From a virus, in IMG/VR virus record IMGVR_UViG_3300007734_000758: a DNA stretch of 64,000 bases. The stretch is one strand, 5' to 3'. The notes beneath the pieces were generated by a model, which saw nothing but the letters and a program-made list of their open reading frames with translations, had not been told where the DNA came from and did not search any database. Positions 40,274 to 51,914 of the stretch are shown here, piece after piece (the first letter of the stretch is position 1; each line of letters starts with the position of its first letter). The position numbers and the translations under genes were made by a program.

Positions 40274-41269
40274 TTAGGTTTGTTTCATGGTTTGTAATTG
40301 CGCCGTTATCGTTCCTAATTGTACGGTAATCGGAGCCAATGCTGCTCCTACGGGTGGTAGTGCCGTTGATATAGCCGAAACTAATGTTGTAACCTGAATT
40401 ACCAACGCATCTAATTGTGTAAACATCGTATCCATATCAGCCGCCCAATTGGGTGTAGAAATAGAAACAGTTTTGCTTGCATTTAAAATAATACTGTCGG
40501 TAGAAGAATTGAGAACAATCCTTTCAGAACCTAATATTATTTGATTTTTATTGAATGTTTGTAATGGCAATACACCCAAAGCTAATCTACGTTGTGCTCC
40601 GGCAAATGTAGTGAATTTCTGATCCGATGATAGGAATAGAGTACTAATATTTGAATTAGGATCTTCTACGCTGCCACCATTACTCAATATTGTTATGGGA
40701 GAACCACTTCCCTTACCTGACCAAGTGGGTCGTGCATTGTATCTCTCAGTAGTAGTAGCACCGAAAGTACCTCCCATCCGGATGGTATTTCCGAAACGGC
40801 CCTCTATAATGGTATCACCCTCATACGGAGGAAGATACGATGTATTTGTAGATTTGAAATCCTTACCCGGCTCCGGTACTTTTGTATCTGAAACGCCTGT
40901 TACTTTAGGATTACCTACTGAAAAACGATAATCGGCGGTTTTAGTTCCTGAAGATTCAACCGTCTTAATATAGGTTAACGGTTTAGAATTTAGATTAGGA
41001 CTATCATTAATATTGATAACATCAGAGTAGTAATAGGATGAATTATCGCGTACTAGTGTTGAGAGGTATGATGGTGCCTGAAACACATTAATAAATTCAC
41101 CCACCAACGGAATACGTTTAATGCTACCTGCTGGCTTTGCATATATCTCTAAAAATATATTGATTGGTGAATTTCCCGGTACCAGTACTGCACGTACAGT
41201 CCCTACTGGATATGAAATATCATCTACTGTGGTACCGTTGTAAAAAACCTCAACTACTTCTGCAAGCAT
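40274..41269 (-). CDS. Baseplate hub/spike-like protein
   Basis: IPLVGEF, YEGDTIIEGRFGNTIR, QIILGSERIVLNS beta-strand repeats. Confidence 0.55.
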   Translation of the reverse strand: MLAEVVEVFYNGTTVDDISYPVGTVRAVLVPGNSPINIFLEIYAKPAGSIKRIPLVGEFINVFQAPSYLSTLVRDNSSYYYSDVININDSPNLNSKPLTYIKTVESSGTKTADYRFSVGNPKVTGVSDTKVPEPGKDFKSTNTSYLPPYEGDTIIEGRFGNTIRMGGTFGATTTERYNARPTWSGKGSGSPITILSNGGSVEDPNSNISTLFLSSDQKFTTFAGAQRRLALGVLPLQTFNKNQIILGSERIVLNSSTDSIILNASKTVSISTPNWAADMDTMFTQLDALVIQVTTLVSAISTALPPVGAALAPITVQLGTITAQLQTMKQT

Positions 41270-41637
41270 TAGCTAACCGTCCCTTCCTTAATTTCTTTTA
41301 AGGCGTTCTGGGCTTCACGTATAAGGGCTTGTTTTTCTTCCTCAGAAAATCCAAATTCCCCACCACTATTGGAATTAGAAATATTTGTTTGCATAGATAA
41401 TAGACGTTGAACAATAGTAGCCAATTTAATTAATTGTTCATCGTTCTTTACGCTTACATCCAGAAATTCTTTAATGATGGGTACTAGTAATGCAGCATCT
41501 GCCGCATTGGAAATTAAGGGAGAAATAGTTTTGATTAAATCATTGATTTGTTTATCTTTCTTTTTTGAATTCTTGTAGATGTCTTCCATCAATGATGTTA
41601 ACGTTGTACCAGAAAACAATTCAACCTGTGGTATCAT
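41269..41637 (-). CDS. Helical hypothetical protein (possible terminase small subunit)
   Basis: 122 aa, all-helical pattern; function is inferred only. Confidence 0.35.
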   Translation of the reverse strand: MIPQVELFSGTTLTSLMEDIYKNSKKKDKQINDLIKTISPLISNAADAALLVPIIKEFLDVSVKNDEQLIKLATIVQRLLSMQTNISNSNSGGEFGFSEEEKQALIREAQNALKEIKEGTVS

Positions 41638-41645
41638 ATCTATAA

Positions 41646-42353
41646 TTATAGAGTACGGTCGAATTCTGATATAAACCTACCAGTAGCTATATACTCAGTG
41701 TACTTCCGTTTAAAGTCATCACGCATAAAGTTCACTATCTTTGTAATGTGGTTGGTCTTGTATCCGCAACGTTCACGGATAAGAATGTAGAGTGCTTTCT
41801 TATTAAACAATTCTATATTTTCTCGAATCTTAAAGATTTCAATCACACTGTCCGCAACCTGTATGTCTGCGGGTGTAGAGAATATACGATTTAGATTCGT
41901 ATCATAGTGTGCAATGAATTGTTCAACAAAATCGTGCAACGTATCTTTGAAATCTGCACGGTGTACTTCATTAGTTAAATTACGGCGTTCATCAATAATC
42001 TCTAACTCCTCCTTATTTTTGGACTTCTTAAAGTTATTATTGTTATGAACGATGAGATAATTCTTCGCTACTATAGAAAAATAAGAAAATGCCTTTCCCT
42101 TGCCTGCTGTAAACTTCGACATCTTCTCATTGAGGAAAGCAATCACTTCATGTTTTACATCTTCATAGGGAACATCGAAGTGATAAAATTTAAAGGTATG
42201 TATCATATTCTCTACCAACTTATCGAAAGCCGGTCGAATATGTGCATCATAAATACGGTTCCTTTCTATTAAGTCAGTACTAGCATTATACCGTATTATT
42301 GCTTGCTCTGTTTCTTCTGTGAAGTAGTATTTTCCGGTTCTTGGTTTAGCCAT
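41646..42353 (-). CDS. Phage RNA polymerase sigma factor (gp55-like, late)
   Basis: YYFTEE N-terminus, sigma region-2-like segment, KAFSYFSIVAKNYLI resembling the gp55 AYFT motif. Confidence 0.7.
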   Translation of the reverse strand: MAKPRTGKYYFTEETEQAIIRYNASTDLIERNRIYDAHIRPAFDKLVENMIHTFKFYHFDVPYEDVKHEVIAFLNEKMSKFTAGKGKAFSYFSIVAKNYLIVHNNNNFKKSKNKEELEIIDERRNLTNEVHRADFKDTLHDFVEQFIAHYDTNLNRIFSTPADIQVADSVIEIFKIRENIELFNKKALYILIRERCGYKTNHITKIVNFMRDDFKRKYTEYIATGRFISEFDRTL

Positions 42354-42637
42354 TCAAAGTCTCCATTTAAATCAGTAATCATCGATTTCAAGTTTTCGAA
42401 AACAATACCTGTCTCATCGTCAGATTCAAAAGCACCTATACGATCCAATTCTGTAATGCGGTTATAGCTTTCTATAACTTTTCTACGCAATTTAACAACG
42501 AATAAGTCGTAACGGTATAATGATTCCTTATAAACCGAATTATTTTCCTCTTCAACCTCAAGTTTAAGAAGTAAATTTCGAATCACGAACAGTGATGCGG
42601 TGAATCCGATAAATAATATTACTGATACAAATATCAT
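42296..42637 (-). CDS. Membrane-anchored coiled-coil protein
   Basis: N-terminal TM helix; GAFESDDETG. Confidence 0.55.
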   Translation of the reverse strand: MIFVSVILFIGFTASLFVIRNLLLKLEVEEENNSVYKESLYRYDLFVVKLRRKVIESYNRITELDRIGAFESDDETGIVFENLKSMITDLNGDFEWLNQEPENTTSQKKQSKQ

Positions 42638-43377
42638 GCGAATAAGTCATTTAATGCAGCCGATAAATCAGTCACTTGCTTTGCAGGAGTAACTGTCTTT
42701 TGCTTCGGTGCTTCTTTAATTTTTGTTTCTGTACTATTTTTCCAGTTTTGATACTCAATCGTAGCTGCCATATGATCCGCGTGGTGCAGGATTAATGGCA
42801 TTGGATTTCGCATCTTTGAATCCTCACTGCGTGAAATGAAATAAGGACGATTAGCTTCATCATACAAACCATCATGTATACGAATTCCTAAGTATTCATT
42901 CCAACTTACTGGAATATTATAGTATTGTAATAAATACAATGAGAGGTCAGGAACCATAGTAAATGGATTCCTAGGGTTGTGGGTATAAATTTTACCCTGG
43001 TTCTTGCGATGCCATTCACTCTCATTAATAATGTATACTTCATTTCCTTCACCAGGAAATCCTACCTTTCCTAAATCATGATGAAATGCAGCAAACATCA
43101 ATTCTTCGTATGTGAATCCGGATAAATCAGCACCGGCATGTTTCCACATATCATATTGATATTTAGCACAATTCGCTACATTTAGGATATGTGCAACATA
43201 CCCTCCCGGAAAAGCATTATGATAATACTCAACTCCAGAAGCAGGCATCATACTGATACGTTCTTCTAATTCAGTATAAAGCTTATCTAATGCTTCATAC
43301 CTAGTAGGAAATTCCTCTTGCAGTTTGCGCTTAAACTGTTCCCAATTACTAACTATTTCTTTATCTGTTAATCTCAT
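42634..43377 (-). CDS. HD-domain phosphohydrolase (YhaM-like)
   Basis: HNAFPGGYVAH, HHDLGK, HDG, HHAD. Confidence 0.85.
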   Translation of the reverse strand: MRLTDKEIVSNWEQFKRKLQEEFPTRYEALDKLYTELEERISMMPASGVEYYHNAFPGGYVAHILNVANCAKYQYDMWKHAGADLSGFTYEELMFAAFHHDLGKVGFPGEGNEVYIINESEWHRKNQGKIYTHNPRNPFTMVPDLSLYLLQYYNIPVSWNEYLGIRIHDGLYDEANRPYFISRSEDSKMRNPMPLILHHADHMAATIEYQNWKNSTETKIKEAPKQKTVTPAKQVTDLSAALNDLFA

Positions 43378-43793
43378 ATAACTTGTTTTTTCGTCGGTGT
43401 TTTAATTACATGTACGTTTTCAGGTACAAACTTTTCTCCCGGAAACAATTCGATAAATTTGTTAACCGTCTCATCTGCAACTGTATAACGGTATCGCAGA
43501 ACCAATTGCACTCCCGTTTCAACTATTTCTTTGAGATATGTAATACTAGGCTCCAATAGTTTCGGGTCCATAGTATCATTGACCAGGAAGATTGCAATTG
43601 ATTCGTTTGATTGGTTAGTCAGTATTCGTATCTGTTGGATGAATCTTGCTAATCCATTAATGGAATCATAATAACAAATACGATCGTTCAAATCAATATT
43701 GTACTGTAATACCAGCATAATTGATTCTGAATCAGAATACTTACCAGCCGATGAATAGTTTACTTTTGAAGCGTATTCGTTATATAAATCCAT
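43374..43793 (-). CDS. Hypothetical protein
   Basis: 139-aa ORF with a host-type promoter upstream. Confidence 0.5.
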   Translation of the reverse strand: MDLYNEYASKVNYSSAGKYSDSESIMLVLQYNIDLNDRICYYDSINGLARFIQQIRILTNQSNESIAIFLVNDTMDPKLLEPSITYLKEIVETGVQLVLRYRYTVADETVNKFIELFPGEKFVPENVHVIKTPTKKQVI

Positions 43794-43810
43794 AACTAAA
43801 TATAAGAAAT

Positions 43811-44329
43811 TTATTTCAAACTATCTAATTCTTTTTCAATTTCTAAGCGTCGTTTATCCAACTTCATCTGTACAGCAAAGTCAATCTCTTCTCCAGATGC
43901 CAATCGATTCCTGATATCGTGCAGTTCACACAGCAATGCGTTTCGAAGAGTGCTCTTCTGTTTTTTACGCAACTTAACCTTTTTAGATTTTGCCGGCTTA
44001 GGTGCGATTACTGTAGGATTCTTTGTTCCCTTCAATTCTGGTTGGAGGACTCCGCGGAAATAGACATTGCCTTCCGGATCCACATACTCTTTCATCTTTA
44101 CCCAACCCTTAGGTTTAGTAACGGCGGGTTTCTTTCTAGAGGCTGCTTCGGGCCATTCAGCAATTAATGCTGTACAGCGTTTACATAACTTGGCAATTAC
44201 GTTTGGGTTACCTGATATATCGACCCATACGTTGCAAATCTCACCACGTGAATACTTGCTTTCTAGAATTGAATTCTGACACCGTATATACGGTTTACCA
44301 CCAAAAGTAGTTTTGTCGTATACATGCAT
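43811..44329 (-). CDS. Basic hypothetical protein with Cys cluster
   Basis: C...C...CKRC; KPKGW...YVDPEGNVY. Confidence 0.55.
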   Translation of the reverse strand: MHVYDKTTFGGKPYIRCQNSILESKYSRGEICNVWVDISGNPNVIAKLCKRCTALIAEWPEAASRKKPAVTKPKGWVKMKEYVDPEGNVYFRGVLQPELKGTKNPTVIAPKPAKSKKVKLRKKQKSTLRNALLCELHDIRNRLASGEEIDFAVQMKLDKRRLEIEKELDSLK

Positions 44330-44338
44330 ATCTTAGAA

Positions 44339-44512
44339 TTAATTCATTGAAACGTATTCCATTGCCTTAGTCAGTTTCTCTTCGAGAATCTTAAGTTTAA
44401 ACATGGCTTCCTTATCAGTGATAGCCCTGGATTCAATTTGACGAATGAGGATTTCGAGGATGTTCTTTGATTCATCCAGTAACCTGTCTGTTTGTTCTTT
44501 GTATCGCATCAT
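44339..44512 (-). CDS. Small helical hypothetical protein (57 aa; not in ORF track)
   Basis: MMRYKEQTDRLLDESKNILEILIRQIESRAITDKEAMFKLKILEEKLTKAMEYVSMN*; fills the gap between neighbours. Confidence 0.65.
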   Translation of the reverse strand: MMRYKEQTDRLLDESKNILEILIRQIESRAITDKEAMFKLKILEEKLTKAMEYVSMN

Positions 44513-44620
44513 ATATTTATTGTTTTATATATTATTATATTATTACTTATTTATTATATTAATATTATTATATTATTTATTATTAATATTATTATAAAAT
44601 AATAATTATATTAAATTTTT
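44513..44620. repeat. Almost pure A/T low-complexity tract
   Basis: Only two G/C bases (44522, 44546) in about 108 nt; TAT/ATT reiterations. Confidence 0.85.
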
Positions 44621-44641
44621 CCCGCATTTCCAAATTTATTT

Positions 44642-45604
44642 TTACACGATATGTAACTTTCTTTCAGGATGCAATTCTAAATATCGAAGAAGTGCTAAAT
44701 CCTTCGCCTTAGCTTCAAGCATCACATCTACCTGTAAACCATACGTATTAATAGGTTTATATACATAGTCTGCATGAGCCTGCTCTTTAATTTTACTGGC
44801 TTCTGCTAAGAATTTATACTCTTCCTTTCTACTCTCAGAATAGTGTACTACAGGAACAATATCTTTTGGCCAGGTACTTACAGCGAGTCGAAGCGCTTCC
44901 TCTTCAGTCAATCCACCAGTACAAAATGTATGGTGCCAATAATCAAATGTAATTGGAATTCCAATTTCTAAATGAAACAATTCGTACAATTCTTTAACTG
45001 AATACATACTTGCTTTGTCATCATTTTCGATAGTCAATCGAGCTCTACAGTTTTCGGAAAGACGATAGTAATTCTCTATCCATCGTTTAGCAATTACTTC
45101 TTTGCCATCTGCCTTAGTACCGATATGAATATTAATCTTATTCTGATAACTAGGAGTGAACCCCATTAGATCAAACATTTCTGAATGTCGTTCTAATCCT
45201 ATAATAGTATTATCTACTACATTAGATTTAACCGTACCCAGAATATGAAACGGTCCCGGATGTGTTGTTAGCCGATGATTATGCTTCCTAGCAAATTCAC
45301 CAGCTTCAAACAAAGCGTTTGCGATTTCTTTGTACTGTGGCAATTCAGTCAATTCATACTTATCATGCCACGGTATCAATTCAGAACTCACACGGAAAAA
45401 ACGTATTCCTTGTTTTTCATTCCATTCCAAAATTCGCTTCAGGTCCTTCGCATTTTCTAATGCTAGTTGACCTAAGTAAACCAGGCCTTCACGTTGCCAG
45501 GTCGCTTTTCGTGCTGTACGATTTGTAGTGATTTTAGGTAATCCAGATCCTTTCGGAGGATTACCTAATGTCAAACAAATACAGGCATATCCAATTCGAT
45601 TCAT
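44642..45604 (-). CDS. uvsE: UV-damage endonuclease (UvsE/UVDE)
   Basis: RIGYACI, FFRVSS, RLTTHPG, NIHIG, IENDD, FDYWHH, VHYSE, AHADY, MLEAKAKD. Confidence 0.92.
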   Translation of the reverse strand: MNRIGYACICLTLGNPPKGSGLPKITTNRTARKATWQREGLVYLGQLALENAKDLKRILEWNEKQGIRFFRVSSELIPWHDKYELTELPQYKEIANALFEAGEFARKHNHRLTTHPGPFHILGTVKSNVVDNTIIGLERHSEMFDLMGFTPSYQNKINIHIGTKADGKEVIAKRWIENYYRLSENCRARLTIENDDKASMYSVKELYELFHLEIGIPITFDYWHHTFCTGGLTEEEALRLAVSTWPKDIVPVVHYSESRKEEYKFLAEASKIKEQAHADYVYKPINTYGLQVDVMLEAKAKDLALLRYLELHPERKLHIV

Positions 45605-45670
45605 TTAATAAAAGTAAATAAAGTAAATGTAGATAACAAATTAATATGTAAAAGAATATACTGCTAGATT

Positions 45671-45773
45671 ATAGCCTAAGAACCCCGATATTAAATCCTT
45701 AAGGTTTCACGGTATAAGATATTCCGTCTTAAAAATCTAATGATATCGGGGTTCTTATAAAGAACTAGGCTAT
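45671..45773. repeat. Hairpin element A (AGAACCCCGATA...TATCGGGGTTCT family)
   Basis: 15-bp perfect inverted repeat 45677-45691/45743-45757, plus outer ATAGCCTA/TAGGCTAT. Confidence 0.8.
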
Positions 45774-45787
45774 GTTAAAAAAGGGTC

Positions 45788-47377
45788 TTACGACCCTTTA
45801 AATAAACGTTTAACTAATTTCTTAATATAACGTATTCCGGCTACTGGTTTATCCGTTTCCGTATCCCCAGTATCTGTATTTGTATCTACATTATCGGTAG
45901 GTACATCTGTTGAATCGGTAGGTGTTTCTACCTCTTCTTCCGGTTCTTCCGGTTCTTCGGGAGTTGTCCTAGGCACATATGATAATTGCATAATGATTGT
46001 ACCGTACGAATTGGGAGGTAATGTTACCGTTTTCGTTGTCGGATCCAATTGCAATTCAGTGTAATTACTTATTTCATATGTAGGAGTCTGAGACTTGTTC
46101 ATATGACCGATATACCCACAAGAAGAATAGAGATATTTACCTGCTACGTATAAAACTCGATAGCCGGATACCTCGTAATTTATATAGTCATTGATGAACA
46201 ATTCAGATAAGGTAATCGTTTTAGGTTCAGCAGAAAGATTATACACTGATGCATCGATTTTGGTAAATCCATCATTCACATACGGTTGTAGTGCAAAAAA
46301 CATTGAATACCAACCGATACGTTTTGTCATCGTTTCACGAATAGCATCCTGTTTTTGATTCAGTGTAATTACACCGTAAATATCCGGCGCAATTCCGTTA
46401 TGTAAACAGATAGAATCAACAGTTACGGGTGAAACTACATCAGATAACTGCTTCATAATCCAGGCGCCATTTACCAGGAAATTACCGAAACTATTAGATG
46501 GTTTAGAATTAAATTCCGTGATAAGTAACGGTTTTCTATAAAAATCAGCCGCGTCTGTGATTTCTTGGAAGAATCTAGTACCCTCGAATATCTCAGAAAC
46601 ATATGCTTTCGAAGCATCTTCCAATGACTGATTACCTTTGGTATAATCAATAGCGATTTTGGTTTTAGGTAACTTGCTGTACGGAGTCGGATATTCGGCC
46701 TGTACTATATAGAAGTGAATTGTAACAAATTCATACTCGGAAATCTTCAACTCACGGCGTAGTGTTTCATTCCACATTGCGTGGTCCTTACGACCCCTAA
46801 AGTTACCGCTAACGATACTAAATTTAACATCCGGATACTGAGCATGAACAGCAGTACGCAGTGCTAAATAATCGCGGATATATGCAGCCGGGTCGAAGTT
46901 ATACTTACCATATACCTCATTTCCTAATTCTACTGCATGTAGATTAATGTTATTGTCAATTAACCATTTAATGGTATTGAACTGCTCATCAATGCTACTA
47001 TTAATGATGTTAGAAACCCAAATTACATTCAGTTTACCACCTAAAGAAGCAACTTCTGCTTGTAATTCTTTCAGTGAATCTAAATAACTGTAATTCGGTT
47101 GTTCACTAACCTTACGCAGCCATTTATCACGACCACCTTCCGGATCATCCTCATCCGGTTGCAGATTTTCATATTGATCAAAAAACCTATTGACAAATGC
47201 CTCTGTCATGCCCCATCCCTTACGAACGGAATAAGGCTCAGTAAACCTACTTATAGAACCACCAGGAACTCGTAGAGTAATCTCCGTACCAGGTTTAATC
47301 AGTTCTAAAAAGTGTTTTTTGGAATCAGAATCGTAATTTTCAAAAAATCCTGATCCATTAAATCCTAAATGTACCAT
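45788..47377 (-). CDS. Clan-A-like glycoside hydrolase (TIM barrel)
   Basis: LRVPGG, ELGNEVY (acid/base), TIHFY, ITEFN (nucleophile); acidic P/E/T/D tail; late motif at 47392-47399. Confidence 0.7.
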   Translation of the reverse strand: MVHLGFNGSGFFENYDSDSKKHFLELIKPGTEITLRVPGGSISRFTEPYSVRKGWGMTEAFVNRFFDQYENLQPDEDDPEGGRDKWLRKVSEQPNYSYLDSLKELQAEVASLGGKLNVIWVSNIINSSIDEQFNTIKWLIDNNINLHAVELGNEVYGKYNFDPAAYIRDYLALRTAVHAQYPDVKFSIVSGNFRGRKDHAMWNETLRRELKISEYEFVTIHFYIVQAEYPTPYSKLPKTKIAIDYTKGNQSLEDASKAYVSEIFEGTRFFQEITDAADFYRKPLLITEFNSKPSNSFGNFLVNGAWIMKQLSDVVSPVTVDSICLHNGIAPDIYGVITLNQKQDAIRETMTKRIGWYSMFFALQPYVNDGFTKIDASVYNLSAEPKTITLSELFINDYINYEVSGYRVLYVAGKYLYSSCGYIGHMNKSQTPTYEISNYTELQLDPTTKTVTLPPNSYGTIIMQLSYVPRTTPEEPEEPEEEVETPTDSTDVPTDNVDTNTDTGDTETDKPVAGIRYIKKLVKRLFKGS

Positions 47378-47403
47378 AAACTCCTTTTTTTATAAATATG
47401 TTC

Positions 47404-48006
47404 TTATCTATAAGATAGTTGTACCTTATCAAATTTTTCCTTTAAATTCTCTTTATCGACAATAGCACGTAACTTATTCACGTAGCCAGAATCCTCAGCA
47501 TAACTTGAGGAGAGATAGGAATAATACTGTTCTTCGGAGCGGATACTATTTAGATACCTAGATTGGTAGAGAGCATAATCCATAATAGATTCTCTCCATG
47601 TATCAAACATAGCGTGGTTGTACTGTTCTCCCTTGTTTGTAGTGGCGCGACTGGTTGCACACTTCATACCAAACAGGTTATTGTTTTCGCGAAAAACTTT
47701 ACTCTTAAAATTACCCGTCTCTAACATTGCCTGGGCATATACAATATAAGGAAATTTAACATTCAATTCCTTAAGGTAATGAATAAACTTTTCTTCAGAA
47801 AATTCATCACTGGAACTAAGAATTATCAATCTTTCTTCAGGTGAAAGTGACTGTACATACCTTTCAGCATTTACATTTTTTGCTAGGTTATATGTTACTA
47901 GGTTAGAACCTATTAACAAGCCGGCAATTCCTACAATAACATACTTAGTGATGTTGTTAAATCGCAACTTCCTAGTACAGTAGTTGTACAAATAAAATTT
48001 TCGCAT
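47404..48006 (-). CDS. GH73 glucosaminidase (FlgJ-like) with N-terminal TM; putative endolysin
   Basis: AQAMLETG, NNLFGMK, YAEDSGY; hydrophobic N-terminal helix. Confidence 0.8.
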   Translation of the reverse strand: MRKFYLYNYCTRKLRFNNITKYVIVGIAGLLIGSNLVTYNLAKNVNAERYVQSLSPEERLIILSSSDEFSEEKFIHYLKELNVKFPYIVYAQAMLETGNFKSKVFRENNNLFGMKCATSRATTNKGEQYNHAMFDTWRESIMDYALYQSRYLNSIRSEEQYYSYLSSSYAEDSGYVNKLRAIVDKENLKEKFDKVQLSYR

Positions 48007-48017
48007 GTTTAAAGTTT

Positions 48018-48470
48018 TTAATTATAAGAAATAAATGGACCTAATCCTACTAATTCAAACGTCTTATTATAACGTAATCCGTTAAATTTATAACGGTATT
48101 TTGTGCCATTGTACTTAAGCAATATATGTCCCTGTTCAACCAAAAACTTCACACACAGGTTAATTATTTTACGTCTATCGGAGGAGATATGTAAAATGTT
48201 ATTTTTAAACAATACGGTGTGAGCCGCTCCATACTCTATATCAACAAATGTTGTCGAGAGTAATGGAGTTCCGGCATCAACATCCTCTTGGTTAAATTCA
48301 TTAGCATAATACACATCCAATGCATCCTCCATTCCTAAATTTAAAACATCATATACAAATGATATTTTATCTTTTTTGGACCGTATTCCGAGGTAGGTTT
48401 CATATACCTCTTCCTCAATATTAATAGGAGATTCTAAAGACTCGTTTTCCATATTATCAAAGTCTTGCAT
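48018..48470 (-). CDS. Hypothetical protein
   Basis: 150 aa; late motif 5 nt upstream. Confidence 0.5.
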   Translation of the reverse strand: MQDFDNMENESLESPINIEEEVYETYLGIRSKKDKISFVYDVLNLGMEDALDVYYANEFNQEDVDAGTPLLSTTFVDIEYGAAHTVLFKNNILHISSDRRKIINLCVKFLVEQGHILLKYNGTKYRYKFNGLRYNKTFELVGLGPFISYN

Positions 48471-48499
48471 TACTAATAAATATCTTGAAAGTATTACTT

Positions 48500-48757
48500 T
48501 TACTTAGTAATACCTAACCGCATACGCGTACTCAAATTATCCTGCGCATCGGCACATGTCTCGATAATTCGACCTAATTCTGAATACGTAACTGGAAATC
48601 TAGAATTTCCGATAATAAAGTGACCGATAACTACTCCCTTGTAGTTTTCTTTAAAGGCCTCTTGATTATAGTCAGTGTACTCAAAATCGATTGAATTCCA
48701 AAAACGGCCCAATGAAGGTTTAGTTTTGGTAATTGCGTTCCTTGCATTAATACTCAT
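48500..48757 (-). CDS. Hypothetical protein
   Basis: 85 aa, operon packing. Confidence 0.5.
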   Translation of the reverse strand: MSINARNAITKTKPSLGRFWNSIDFEYTDYNQEAFKENYKGVVIGHFIIGNSRFPVTYSELGRIIETCADAQDNLSTRMRLGITK

Positions 48758-48763
48758 AATCGT

Positions 48764-49393
48764 TTACTTTTTAAGAATTACTAAATTTATTATAGAGTCA
48801 TTAAATGACTTATCCAAAATATAAGAAAAATTATTCGCTTCACAAAACTCTATAACATCTTTTACACTATAATTAATGTAGCCTTCCTCCTCAATCAGAA
48901 GCAATCCGATACATACACCATAGTTAACAAACCGCATCATGTTTTCTATCGTTTCTGCCAGCCGTTCAATGGGTGTGAGTTCGATTCCCGGTTCGTAGTT
49001 AGCTGTAATTGAGAATGCGTTAATGCCCCAATCGTGTTTACCGATAAATACAGCATCTTTCCAATTGGATAGACGTAAATCGATTCCTGGATATTTAAGT
49101 TTACCTGCAGAAATCATCACCGGATTCATCTCGATACCGGTATACTTATCAGCACCACGGCCTTGGGTTGTCAGCCAACCATATAAATCTCCGCGGCCTG
49201 CACCAAAATCAATAATTGATTCTCCTGGCATCGTATAACGCATCATGAAATTATACATCTCATACTGAGTTTCAACATCAGGAAACCCGACAAATAACGG
49301 ATCATCAATCATATACTGATTTTCACTTGTGAGTTGTACCGGGTCTTCCTCTTGTTTTTCCTTCTTTCGTTTTCGGAATAGATTAAATTTCAT
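48764..49393 (-). CDS. Class I SAM-dependent methyltransferase
   Basis: IIDFGAGRGD motif I, YTGIE motif II. Confidence 0.8.
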   Translation of the reverse strand: MKFNLFRKRKKEKQEEDPVQLTSENQYMIDDPLFVGFPDVETQYEMYNFMMRYTMPGESIIDFGAGRGDLYGWLTTQGRGADKYTGIEMNPVMISAGKLKYPGIDLRLSNWKDAVFIGKHDWGINAFSITANYEPGIELTPIERLAETIENMMRFVNYGVCIGLLLIEEEGYINYSVKDVIEFCEANNFSYILDKSFNDSIINLVILKK

Positions 49394-49688
49394 CTTTTCG
49401 TATTTTTCGTTGTTTCTTTTGCATCCTTACCATTCTTGATTCTAAGTCTTCCAATTGCATACGTTCAGGATGTGTACGATTAAAGTGCTGCGTTATTTTT
49501 AAACTATCAGCCGCATACTTCCAAGCGGTTTCCACACTTTCAGTTAATGGAAATAAATACTCTTCTGCAGGTCGATAATTTTCACCCATTTCAGGAATGA
49601 CTATGAACGCATTGTTTTCGTCATCGAACTCACAATATGCATTCGGATATTTAGATTGTACTGACTTTTGAAATTTGGATAAGCTCAT
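49383..49688 (-). CDS. Hypothetical protein
   Basis: 101 aa, overlapping neighbours. Confidence 0.5.
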   Translation of the reverse strand: MSLSKFQKSVQSKYPNAYCEFDDENNAFIVIPEMGENYRPAEEYLFPLTESVETAWKYAADSLKITQHFNRTHPERMQLEDLESRMVRMQKKQRKIRKDEI

Positions 49689-49962
49689 CTGAAAGGTTTG
49701 CGCCTAAATTAATTGTAAGATTAGTTTTAATCGAGTTTGCAATTTTATTGCTAGCATATGTATCAATACAAAGCCTACGATTGAAATCATCACTCGGGAC
49801 TGATATATACGCCTTACCATCTTCGCCACGGATATCATACTCTTTGGCTTTTTTACGGAAACGCCAAACATTCTCTACAATACCCAAACGTTTTGTCCGG
49901 TCAGCAGCAGTATCACCTGTCTGTATACTGTAAATAATCTTTTGTCCTACTTGAAAACTCAT
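49651..49962 (-). CDS. Hypothetical protein (SH3/KOW-like N-terminus)
   Basis: MSFQVGQKI...LGIVENV; start coupled to the upstream stop. Confidence 0.5.
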   Translation of the reverse strand: MSFQVGQKIIYSIQTGDTAADRTKRLGIVENVWRFRKKAKEYDIRGEDGKAYISVPSDDFNRRLCIDTYASNKIANSIKTNLTINLGANLSDELIQISKVSTI

Positions 49963-50156
49963 AGTACTTTGCAAATTTTGCTGTGAGCTACTGCAGTGAT
50001 TTCATACTCTAAACCTGGCGTCTCTTCAGAGATTTCTGATGCCGTAATCTGCTCTGCTTCAGTTACAGACGTAGCACTCACCAAATACAATTCTGAGTTC
50101 CATTTGACACCCTTCGGAGTATCTGTTGCAATCTTTACCTTTACTGTGAAATACAT
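49959..50156 (-). CDS. DUF4494-like small protein
   Basis: ELYLVSATSVTEAE resembles the Bacteroidota DUF4494 motif. Confidence 0.6.
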   Translation of the reverse strand: MYFTVKVKIATDTPKGVKWNSELYLVSATSVTEAEQITASEISEETPGLEYEITAVAHSKICKVL

Positions 50157-50237
50157 AACAATTTGTTTTAATGATTAACTAATAATACTAAGATATATAA
50201 TATATTTGTAACATACAAATGTTACTTGTAATTATTC

Positions 50238-51848
<1,611 letters not shown>

Positions 51849-51914
51849 TTATTTATAACATTTAATAACAATAAGATATATACTATATCTGGAGAATACA
51901 AATACTATTTGTAA

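Noticed and set aside
43374-43793. Possible degenerate ClpP
   Set aside because: Only a vague N-terminal resemblance; no catalytic Ser/His motifs visible.
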